DNA of 42,497 bases, from positions 1 to 42,497 of IMG/VR virus record IMGVR_UViG_3300037423_000981. One strand, given 5' to 3'. A program made the translations under genes and the position numbers. The DNA is from a virus (Duplodnaviria; Caudoviricetes). Positions 8,682 to 15,966 of the stretch are shown here, in pieces (the stretch's first letter is position 1; every line of letters begins with the position of its first letter). The notes below the pieces were generated by a model. That model did no database searches and had not been told where the DNA came from. It worked only from the letters and a program-made list of their open reading frames with translations.

Positions 8682-9413
8682 TTAGTGGAACGCGAGCAAT
8701 TCACGCCTTGGAATGACGCGGTGAATGGCCTTGATTCGTCGCGTTTCGACTCGGAAAGTGGTGGCCGGGTTGAACTGCTCCAGCTCAACAAATGAAGCGC
8801 TGCGGCGCGCAAGGCGTTTCAGCAGCACGGCTTCAAGCTCGCGCTCTTCACCAGCTGTCTGCATGAGATAGACCACTACGTCATCGCCGATTGCCGGCGG
8901 GCGCTTTGGGTCCACATAGAGAGGGTCTCCGCTCTCCCATCGCGGCTCCATAGATGGACCGACGACATAGAGACCGTAGAGGCCAGTTCGGTTCGCATAG
9001 CCAGGTGGCCGCGTGAAATGATCGATGATGTCGGAGGGATCGATAAACGCTTGTTCGACCTCTTGCCCTTCGCCGCCCGTCTTATAGGTTCCCATAGCCG
9101 TCCCGTACACTGGAACGTCACGCGATAGCTGCATGTAGTTGGCTAATGGCGTGTCGTTCGGGCGCACTTCAGCTAAAGAGACCTGGGAAAGGCTCGTCAC
9201 TTCTTCCCGACGAATCGGAGGCGAGCCTGTGTCCTCGAAAACGTCAGCTAAGCGCAACGCGTCCAAAGGGTTAAGTGTTTCAATTTCCCCGTTGAACAAC
9301 CGCTGAACGCTCGAACGGCCACTTAGTCCCATCCTTTTTGCGACCTGTTCCATTGTGAGTCCGGAACGAAGGCGAAGAGCGATGAGGCGCTGTCCTACTG
9401 TTTGATTTGCCAT
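8682..9413 (-). CDS. cI: CI-type repressor (HTH plus S24 autopeptidase)
   Basis: LTMEQVAKRMG..RSSVQRLF HTH; VVGPSMEP Ser and LKRL Lys dyad; divergent from cro. Confidence 0.92.
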   Translation of the reverse strand: MANQTVGQRLIALRLRSGLTMEQVAKRMGLSGRSSVQRLFNGEIETLNPLDALRLADVFEDTGSPPIRREEVTSLSQVSLAEVRPNDTPLANYMQLSRDVPVYGTAMGTYKTGGEGQEVEQAFIDPSDIIDHFTRPPGYANRTGLYGLYVVGPSMEPRWESGDPLYVDPKRPPAIGDDVVVYLMQTAGEERELEAVLLKRLARRSASFVELEQFNPATTFRVETRRIKAIHRVIPRRELLAFH

Positions 9414-9436
9414 GCCGTACTTATCGACGGATGCGG

Positions 9437-9485
9437 GTACGTTTTCACCGTTGACGTTCGTACGTTGCGAGCGTACGTACGTGGA
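9437..9485 (+). promoter_or_regulatory. PR promoter (TTGACG 9451-N17-TACGTA) with OR operator at 9460-9476 and a degenerate site near 9437
   Basis: Same 17-bp palindrome as OL; -10 box lies 6 nt before the cro ATG (leaderless). Confidence 0.8.
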
Positions 9486-9689
9486 ATGGAAACCCATCGG
9501 AAAGTGATCGAGCGGTTCGGCGGCATCCGAGAAATGGCCCGAAAGCTCGAGCACGCCAACCACACTACGGTTCAAGGCTGGTACGACCGAAGCAAGATTC
9601 CGGTCGAGCGATGGAACGAGGTTCAGACTGCGGCCGAGAAGCACGGCGTTCCCTTCAACATTTCAGAGCTTCTTCCGGAGGCGGCATGA
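9486..9689 (+). CDS. cro: Cro-like repressor
   Basis: VIERFGGIREMARKL...TVQGW...IP. Confidence 0.88.
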   Translation: METHRKVIERFGGIREMARKLEHANHTTVQGWYDRSKIPVERWNEVQTAAEKHGVPFNISELLPEAA

Positions 9690-9720
9690 CCGCATGGCCC
9701 CGCGTTGCAGCCATGCAGTT

Positions 9721-9756
9721 GGCTGGCAGGAGCGTTGCCCCCGTTTCCTGCCAGCC
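9721..9756 (+). terminator. Strong hairpin after cro (tR1-like)
   Basis: GGCTGGCAGGA / TCCTGCCAGCC stem; weak U tract. Confidence 0.45.
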
Positions 9757-9930
9757 TTGCTTGGTATTGTAGCTATGTCGGGGGGATTCCGCGAGCCACA
9801 TACTAAGCGCTGCGGCAACAAGGTGCTTACGCTGCTCGATTGCCATGTTTGCGGATCGTTGGGGCATTTTCCGATAGTTCGTCTGGATGATGGGCGGTTT
9901 GCCTGCCCCAAATGTGCGGAGCGCCGTTAG

Positions 9931-10221
9931 ATGTCGCTCCTGTACGCCACCCTCGCAATCCTCGGGCTGCTGCTCACCGGCCTCACCTTGCTCGGTATCT
10001 GGCTCTTGTTCGAGCACGTTCTCGATTTCGCCGCGAAGACGCATGAGGATTTCGACCGCGAGTTCGCCCACGGCGACTGCCCGCACCTTCCGCGCGAGCT
10101 GAGGACGAGCCAGCGAAAAGGTGCTCACCGAGCTAGCGCCGGCCCGTCCGGTACATATTCTAGTCAAGTTCTTCTTCCTTCAACCCGCCTTCTTCTGGGC
10201 GGTGCGGAGGATTGTATATGA
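9931..10221 (+). CDS. Hypothetical protein with N-terminal TM helix
   Basis: LLYATLAILGLLLTGLTLLGIWLLF. Confidence 0.5.
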   Translation: MSLLYATLAILGLLLTGLTLLGIWLLFEHVLDFAAKTHEDFDREFAHGDCPHLPRELRTSQRKGAHRASAGPSGTYSSQVLLPSTRLLLGGAEDCI

Positions 10222-10601
10222 ACTGCCTTCGAAACGAATACCCGGTTAACGCGAAATCAATTTCGCCATCGCTGTTCGGCAAGCCAAGCAAGCGCTCAAT
10301 CCGCGCCGCTGTAAAGCAGATGATACTCGACGTTCAGGCGTCGAATGGCCTCTCTGACGAAGAGCTAGCTGAGGTCATTGGCGGCTGCAAAGAGACCGTC
10401 GCCAACTGGCGCGAAGAAGCGTCCACCATGAACACCGAGGCACTACTTCTTTTCGCCTATTGCTTCGGCGAGGACGCGATTGCGCCGGTTCGCAACCTCT
10501 ACCTGTATGCGCCACCGCAGGGCGATGAAAGCCCCGCTAAGAAGGTCGATCGACTTTACCGCGAACTGGCCCGCGCCATTCAAGAGGAGCGGGGGGAATG
10601 A
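10212..10601 (+). CDS. CII-like HTH regulator
   Basis: LSDEELAEVIGGCKETVANWRE HTH; position after cro. Confidence 0.7.
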   Translation: MYMNCLRNEYPVNAKSISPSLFGKPSKRSIRAAVKQMILDVQASNGLSDEELAEVIGGCKETVANWREEASTMNTEALLLFAYCFGEDAIAPVRNLYLYAPPQGDESPAKKVDRLYRELARAIQEERGE

Positions 10602-11449
10602 GCGCGCCCAATCGTCCTCTTCTTCGTTGGCACGGTGGCAAGTGGATCCTCGCGCCATGGATCATCAGTCACTTTCCTGCGCATCGCGTGTATGTCGAGC
10701 CTTATGGCGGAGCGGCTTCTGTCCTTATCCGAAAGGAACGTTCGTACGCGGAAGTCTATAACGACTTAGACGAAGATGTCGTGAACCTGTTCCGCGTCAT
10801 GCGGAATAGCGCGCAAGCTGCCTCCCTCACGCATCATCTCTACTATACGCCGTTTGCCCGCCAAGAGTTCGATGAGGCCTACGAAATAACTGACGATCCT
10901 GTGGAGAGGGCGCGGCGGCTTATCATCCGCAGTTTCATGGGCTTTGGTAGTGACGGACACAATGGTGCGCGTCACACAGGCTTTAGGGCAAACAGCAATC
11001 GTTCAGGAACGACGCCGGCCCATGATTGGGCGAACTATGGTGACGCGCTTTGCGAGATCATCACACGAGTAAGCGGCATCGTCATTGAGAACCGCCCTGC
11101 TCTGGATGTGATGGCGCAACAGGATGGTCCGGAAACCCTTCATTACGTTGACCCGCCCTACGTTTGGGAGACTAGGTCCAAGGGCAGGAACTCATCTCGG
11201 AAGAATTATCGCCACGAGATGAATGACGCTGACCACAAGCAGCTGCTCGAGTTTTTGCAGTCGCTTGATGGCATGGTGGTCCTATCTGGCTACGACAACC
11301 AAATCTACGCTGATTACCTGGATAACTGGCGTCGAGTTGAGCGAGCTTCTCTAGCCGATGGTGCCCGCCCCAGAATCGAAGTCCTTTGGCTCAATCGAGC
11401 GGTATCCGAACGTCTCGGTCATGGGCCGTTGTTCTCGGAGGCAGCATGA
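10598..11449 (+). CDS. dam: Dam-family (D12) N6-adenine DNA methyltransferase
   Basis: RWHGGK, VEPYGGAASV, YNDLD, YVDPPY. Confidence 0.9.
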   Translation: MSAPNRPLLRWHGGKWILAPWIISHFPAHRVYVEPYGGAASVLIRKERSYAEVYNDLDEDVVNLFRVMRNSAQAASLTHHLYYTPFARQEFDEAYEITDDPVERARRLIIRSFMGFGSDGHNGARHTGFRANSNRSGTTPAHDWANYGDALCEIITRVSGIVIENRPALDVMAQQDGPETLHYVDPPYVWETRSKGRNSSRKNYRHEMNDADHKQLLEFLQSLDGMVVLSGYDNQIYADYLDNWRRVERASLADGARPRIEVLWLNRAVSERLGHGPLFSEAA

Positions 11450-11637
11450 ACTTCATCCGCAACTGGCTCTTCGTTCGCCGCCATCACCACTCCTGTAACC
11501 GCACAATCGCAAGCGCTCGTGAGCTGGCGTGTGAAGCATTGGCTCGCGATGTCGAGAAACGGCGCAATAGCTTTGAGGTTCAGGATTACCGGAAGCGCCG
11601 TGAAGCTGCGCTGAAGCGGACGCGGGGGTTGGCGTGA
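11446..11637 (+). CDS. Hypothetical protein
   Basis: ATGA/GTGA coupling. Confidence 0.6.
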   Translation: MNFIRNWLFVRRHHHSCNRTIASARELACEALARDVEKRRNSFEVQDYRKRREAALKRTRGLA

Positions 11638-12599
11638 TGTTTCGCGTGCTTAGCCTCTTTGCCGGAATCGGCGGCTTCGACCTTGGTCTGGAGCGGACGG
11701 GCGGTTTCGAGACCGTCGCGTTCTGCGAGATCGATCCGTTCTGCCGACGCGTGCTCGAGAAGCACTGGCCCGAGGTTCCCTGCTATGAAGATGTCAAAGA
11801 GCTTACCGGAGAACGTCTCAGAGCAGATGGAGTTGCCGTCGATTGCATCGTTGGCGGCTTCCCGTGTCAAGATATCAGTGAGGCAGGAAAGGGGCTTGGC
11901 CTGGCGGGGGAGCGGAGCGGACTATGGTCCGAAATCGCTCGTCTGGCTAGCGAGCTTCGACCGCAATTCATCATCGTGGAGAACGTCGCAGCGTTGCTTG
12001 GTCGAGGGCTGGGAACGGTTCTCGGAGACTTGGCCTCGCTCGGGTATGATGCTGAGTGGCACTGCATACCAGCTGCCGCCATTGGCGCTCCGCACCGCCG
12101 CGACCGTATTTGGATCATCGCTTATCCCAACGCCGACAGCGGGCGACTTCAAGAGCACGGCGAACGCGACAGCTGGACGACGCGAGGACTCGGAGCATCA
12201 CAGCGGAGTGACGCTGACGGACTTTGTGCGCCTGTGGCCGACACCGAATGTGGCGGGCGGCGGCAATCCTCCCGATCGGCTGAAGAAGCACGGAAATCAT
12301 TATGTGAGGCCGTCAGGGAAGAAGGCCCATCTATCGTTGGATCAGGCGGTGAAGCTTTGGCCTTCGCCAACCGCTCGGGACACAAAGGGGCGGGATGCGA
12401 ACTGCCGAGAGGGCGGCCCATCCTTACCGGAAGCGCTCTACAGGACTTCGGGCAGTGGGAAACTGAACCCTCCGTGGGTCGAGTGGCTGATGGGATACCC
12501 GATTGGTCACACCGAATTAGATCGCTCGGAAACGCCGTAGTTCCCCAAATCCCTGAGCTTATCGGTCGCGCAATTCTCGAAGCAGAGCGCGCTGCATGA
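11634..12599 (+). CDS. dcm: C5 cytosine DNA methyltransferase, alpha chain (motifs I-VIII and X)
   Basis: FAGIGG, GFPCQD, ENV, HRRDRIW, LGNAVVP; motif IX absent from this frame. Confidence 0.92.
   Translation: MMFRVLSLFAGIGGFDLGLERTGGFETVAFCEIDPFCRRVLEKHWPEVPCYEDVKELTGERLRADGVAVDCIVGGFPCQDISEAGKGLGLAGERSGLWSEIARLASELRPQFIIVENVAALLGRGLGTVLGDLASLGYDAEWHCIPAAAIGAPHRRDRIWIIAYPNADSGRLQEHGERDSWTTRGLGASQRSDADGLCAPVADTECGGRRQSSRSAEEARKSLCEAVREEGPSIVGSGGEALAFANRSGHKGAGCELPRGRPILTGSALQDFGQWETEPSVGRVADGIPDWSHRIRSLGNAVVPQIPELIGRAILEAERAA
11659..12540 (+). CDS. C5 methyltransferase beta chain in the overlapping +1 frame (motif IX and PTP repeats); start uncertain
   Basis: 293-codon open frame ending KLNPPWVEWLMGYPIGHT. 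Confidence 0.75.
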   Translation: MPESAASTLVWSGRAVSRPSRSARSIRSADACSRSTGPRFPAMKMSKSLPENVSEQMELPSIASLAASRVKISVRQERGLAWRGSGADYGPKSLVWLASFDRNSSSWRTSQRCLVEGWERFSETWPRSGMMLSGTAYQLPPLALRTAATVFGSSLIPTPTAGDFKSTANATAGRREDSEHHSGVTLTDFVRLWPTPNVAGGGNPPDRLKKHGNHYVRPSGKKAHLSLDQAVKLWPSPTARDTKGRDANCREGGPSLPEALYRTSGSGKLNPPWVEWLMGYPIGHTELDRSETP

Positions 12600-13066
12600 C
12601 CCCACAAACCCAAACACCTCCAGAGGGGTCGGTGCTGATCGAACTCGCAAGCGTGAGCATCGTTGTTCCAGGCGCTCCAGTGCCAAAGGGTCGGCCAAGG
12701 CTCTCGACCATCAACGGCCAAGCGCGCGCTTTCACGCCCACCAAAACGCGCCGTTACGAGGATCTTATTCGTCTTGAGGCTGGGCATGTGATGGAAGCAC
12801 GCGCTCAGCTTCAAGGCCCCACCAGCGTTCGCATCCGCGCCTACATGCAAATGCCCCAGGCAATGGCGAAGAGCAAGTTCAAGTCCCAGAGCGCGGAGGC
12901 TGGTGTTATCCGCCCGCTCACCAAGCCAGATGTAGATAACTTCGCCAAGGTCATCGATGCCCTCAACGGCATCGTCTGGCCCGATGATAACCAAGTCGTC
13001 GAGCTAACGGTAGAGAAGTTCTATTCAGCGCGGCCACGGCTCGAGCTGACGGCGAGCGAGCTGTGA
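12596..13066 (+). CDS. rusA: RusA Holliday junction resolvase
   Basis: PVPKGRPR, KPDVDNFAKVIDALNGIVWPDDNQV. Confidence 0.92.
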   Translation: MTPQTQTPPEGSVLIELASVSIVVPGAPVPKGRPRLSTINGQARAFTPTKTRRYEDLIRLEAGHVMEARAQLQGPTSVRIRAYMQMPQAMAKSKFKSQSAEAGVIRPLTKPDVDNFAKVIDALNGIVWPDDNQVVELTVEKFYSARPRLELTASEL

Positions 13067-13368
13067 TCCTCGTGCGGGACATACAGCGAGCCACAGCAGA
13101 GCACTATGGCGTATCGTTTGAAACGATGAGCACGCCGGGAACGCGCGGCGGCCGTCAGCGTCAATTCGCTTGGCCGCGGCAGATGGCGATGCTGCTTTCC
13201 CGGCGCATGACGGCTCACAGCAAGGTCCGCATCGGCCAGTTCTTCGGTGGCCGCGACCATTCCACAATCATCTACGGCTGTCGACAGGCCCGCCGGCGCT
13301 GCCTCGCCGATCCCAAGCAACTCAGGATGCTCTGCGAGATCAGGGCGAAGGTTCTGGCCGATGCCTAA
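13063..13368 (+). CDS. DnaA C-terminal (domain IV)-like HTH protein
   Basis: PRQMAMLLSR..T..IGQFFGGRDHSTIIYG. Confidence 0.85.
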   Translation: MILVRDIQRATAEHYGVSFETMSTPGTRGGRQRQFAWPRQMAMLLSRRMTAHSKVRIGQFFGGRDHSTIIYGCRQARRRCLADPKQLRMLCEIRAKVLADA

Positions 13369-13624
13369 GACACCAGAGCAAATCAGGCTGCATAGGGCCA
13401 TGCTAGATTCTGCACTGGCTACGGCCAGGCTTCAGGGAATGAAGCTGCGCGCCAAGCTTGATCCGCCAAGGGCCGCCACTGGCAAGTTTCCCTTCCCGCA
13501 CCGGACATGCGCCGAATGGAGCGAGACCGAGCCCCATCGAGATATGTCCCAAAAAGAGCGCCACGATGATGCTCGCGAGGGATCTGCCAAGCTGCGCGAT
13601 GCGCTGCGGAAGGCGGCAGCGTGA
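13361..13624 (+). CDS. Hypothetical protein
   Basis: Coupled ORF. Confidence 0.55.
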   Translation: MPKTPEQIRLHRAMLDSALATARLQGMKLRAKLDPPRAATGKFPFPHRTCAEWSETEPHRDMSQKERHDDAREGSAKLRDALRKAAA

Positions 13625-14361
13625 GCAAGGCCGACACTTGGATGCCGCTCTACATCGGAGACTACCTCTCCGACACGATGCACCTCACGTGCGAGCAGAG
13701 TGGAGCTTACCTGCATCTCATCATGCACTATTGGCGGTCCGGATCGCTGCCAGACAATGACGTTGCGTTGGCGCAGATAGCACGTCTGCCGGCCAAGTCA
13801 TGGAAAGCTCATAAGCCGATCATCGCGGCATTCTTTAGTGCTGGGTGGACGCACAAGCGGATCGATGCTGAGCGCAAAAAGTCGGCAGAGGTCAAAGAGC
13901 GATATGCCGAACGCGCCAAAAAGGGAGCGGACAAGCGTTGGCATAAGGATGCTTCAAGCAATGCCAAAAGCAATGCTTCAAGCATACACGAAGAATGCAA
14001 CGGGCATGGTAACTCACATCTACAGGTTTCTAACGAAACCATTGAATCCTCTAACGAGGATTTGTCGGCTGAGCCGACCGATGACCCCGTAACTGAACAG
14101 GAAATCTTGCAGGCTTGGCATGATCGGATGGTGCCCTTGGGTTTTCCAGCTGTTCGCAAGATGACCCCACAACGCAAGCGCTGCCTTGCTGCAAGACGGC
14201 GTGAATATCCTCGCATCGATGACTGGCAACGCGCTTTCTCGGCTCTTGAGAGGTCGAACTTCTGTCGCGGCGAAAATGAGCGTGGATGGCGAGCCGATTT
14301 CGACTTTCTCTGTCAATCCAAGTCCTTAACCAAGCTGATCGAGGGTGCGTATGACCACTAA
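13621..14361 (+). CDS. DUF1376/YdaU-like replication initiator
   Basis: WMPLYIGDYLSDT.HL...GAYL.L..HYW; C-terminal GWRADFDFL...KLIEG. Confidence 0.85.
   Translation: MSKADTWMPLYIGDYLSDTMHLTCEQSGAYLHLIMHYWRSGSLPDNDVALAQIARLPAKSWKAHKPIIAAFFSAGWTHKRIDAERKKSAEVKERYAERAKKGADKRWHKDASSNAKSNASSIHEECNGHGNSHLQVSNETIESSNEDLSAEPTDDPVTEQEILQAWHDRMVPLGFPAVRKMTPQRKRCLAARRREYPRIDDWQRAFSALERSNFCRGENERGWRADFDFLCQSKSLTKLIEGAYDH
13949..13984. repeat. Three 12-bp iterons, putative replication origin
   Basis: ATGCTTCAAGCA ATGCCAAAAGCA ATGCTTCAAGCA inside the initiator gene, followed by a relatively AT-rich tract. Confidence 0.7.
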
Positions 14362-14563
14362 CCGACTAGCCAAATCGAGCTCCACATTCACCAGCAAGAT
14401 CAGCGCCAAACAGTGGGCTCAAATGGCCCGAGATAAAGGTCTGATGAGCCATGCTGTGGCTTGGGAAAAAGCCTACCGCGAAGGCTGGGACGATCTACAC
14501 TACCGGCCCGATCCGCAGCCCGAGCCAATCATGCGCCTCTCGCATAGGCCGGAGCAAAGCTGA
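14351..14563 (+). CDS. Hypothetical protein
   Basis: Packed ORF. Confidence 0.55.
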   Translation: MTTNRLAKSSSTFTSKISAKQWAQMARDKGLMSHAVAWEKAYREGWDDLHYRPDPQPEPIMRLSHRPEQS

Positions 14564-14736
14564 TGCCGACCAAGGAAGAGATCGCGGCCGCAATGACGTT
14601 TCGCGGCGGATGGACGAAAGCCCAGTTAGCGGAGTGGGGTGTACCGTGGCCGCCGCCCAAAGGCTGGCGCGCAGAACTTGAGGAGCGCGCCAAAACACCA
14701 ACGATTTCAACCATCTCACCCACCGGAGGAGGGTAA
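14563..14736 (+). CDS. Small protein (57 aa) with GGWTKAQLAEWGVPWPPPKGW motif
   Basis: Manual ORF; TGATG coupling. Confidence 0.65.
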   Translation: MPTKEEIAAAMTFRGGWTKAQLAEWGVPWPPPKGWRAELEERAKTPTISTISPTGGG

Positions 14737-14759
14737 TGGCGTTGAGGGGGAGGGAGTAA

Positions 14760-15221
14760 ATGTTCATGGGTATCTTCCACGGAGCGGCAACGCTCGAAGC
14801 AAGGCGCGCAGCTGGTCTTCCAACCTCGCTGCCATGCCCGAAAGACTTTGACACCGTGTTCGTCCTGATTGGACGGCAAGCGTGCGAGGAATGGTATCGC
14901 GTAGGCCGGGCAACAGTCACCCGCTGGCTCGATGACCGCGGCAAGGAACTGCTCATCTCGGCGAGGTCGGATCATGTTAGGTCCCAGGCCCGAACAAGGC
15001 TGCGCGCATGTCCGCCTGATTTTGCCGCGGCGTTTCCGTACCTTGGGCTCAAGGGATGCCGTCGACGCTACCGAGCTGACTGGCGGCAAATCTACCGCTG
15101 GCTTGAGGAATGCGGTCGCGAGAAGCTGATTGAGGCTCGCCGCAGACAAACCGGCGACCGCGATGTCGGAAGACATGTGAGGTTGATGGGTAACGTCATC
15201 GGCAATGCGTGTCAGGTTTGA
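14760..15221 (+). CDS. Tandem-duplicated HTH-like protein, candidate late activator
   Basis: Two CPxDF...Y....RWL...G.E.LI.AR units. Confidence 0.6.
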   Translation: MFMGIFHGAATLEARRAAGLPTSLPCPKDFDTVFVLIGRQACEEWYRVGRATVTRWLDDRGKELLISARSDHVRSQARTRLRACPPDFAAAFPYLGLKGCRRRYRADWRQIYRWLEECGREKLIEARRRQTGDRDVGRHVRLMGNVIGNACQV

Positions 15222-15234
15222 TAGGATACGTCGC

Positions 15235-15459
15235 ATGAAGGAAACACGCCCCATGAACGCCCGACCCGAAGGCTTTTACTGGCTGCGCGACAAGCTGCGG
15301 CCGACGCGGCACCCGAACCCGACGTGCGCTTATTGGAACGGGCACGACTGGGAGTTCGTCGGGACCGACATGACCTGGGCGGAAGACGAAGAAGACCTGG
15401 ACGGCCGCTTCTTTCACGAGCGCTTTGCCGTCCTGGACGAAGCGAAACCCGCCCTATGA
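15235..15459 (+). CDS. Hypothetical protein
   Basis: RPEGFYW...AYWNG..W. Confidence 0.6.
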   Translation: MKETRPMNARPEGFYWLRDKLRPTRHPNPTCAYWNGHDWEFVGTDMTWAEDEEDLDGRFFHERFAVLDEAKPAL

Positions 15460-15680
15460 CCGACCGACCCGCTTTCGCCATTAGCGATGACACGATCGCA
15501 GCGCTGCGTGAGGCGCAACGCGCTGAAGCTGCAGGTGATGATGCGTTGCTGCGCCGTCAATGCAAGGAAGCGCTCGACTTGCTGGCGCGCGATTGCATCC
15601 GGCATTTGCTTGAACGGGCTATAGGCCAGCTGATGCAGGTCTCAAACCTAAAGACCGCTCCCTCAGTTGGTGGACAATAA
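15456..15680 (+). CDS. Hypothetical protein
   Basis: ATGA coupling. Confidence 0.55.
   Translation: MTDRPAFAISDDTIAALREAQRAEAAGDDALLRRQCKEALDLLARDCIRHLLERAIGQLMQVSNLKTAPSVGGQ
15643..15662 (+). promoter_or_regulatory. Late promoter motif 1 (before terS)
   Basis: CAAACCTA-aagac-CGCTCCC. Confidence 0.8.
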
Positions 15681-15687
15681 GCGCGCT

Positions 15688-15966
15688 ATGCCCAGCAAAG
15701 TAGTGAGATCTGCTATTCGACCGCCGAATGCCGGCAAGGGTCGGGTGAAGGGCGTTCCGAACAAGGTGACTAAGGCCGTCAAGGAAATGGTCATTGCTGC
15801 CCTGAACAAAGCCGGTGGGGTAGATTATCTCGTCGAACAAGCTGACAAGAACCCGAATGCTTTCCTGTCGCTCGTTGGCAAGGTGCTGCCGCTTCAACTC
15901 ACGGGCGAGGATGGCGGACCAGTACGGATCTCGCGCATCGAGTTGGTCGCGCCAGGGCATGAATGA
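15688..15966 (+). CDS. terS: Terminase small subunit
   Basis: GRVKGVPNKVT...AFLSLVGKVLP; directly upstream of terL. Confidence 0.8.
   Translation: MPSKVVRSAIRPPNAGKGRVKGVPNKVTKAVKEMVIAALNKAGGVDYLVEQADKNPNAFLSLVGKVLPLQLTGEDGGPVRISRIELVAPGHE

Noticed and set aside
9414-9644. N-terminal extension of CI
   Set aside because: Runs through OR/PR and antisense to cro; the HTH starts just after Met 9413
12149-12994. 281-aa antisense ORF over dcm and rusA
   Set aside because: No motifs or SD; the sense strand already encodes two constrained frames
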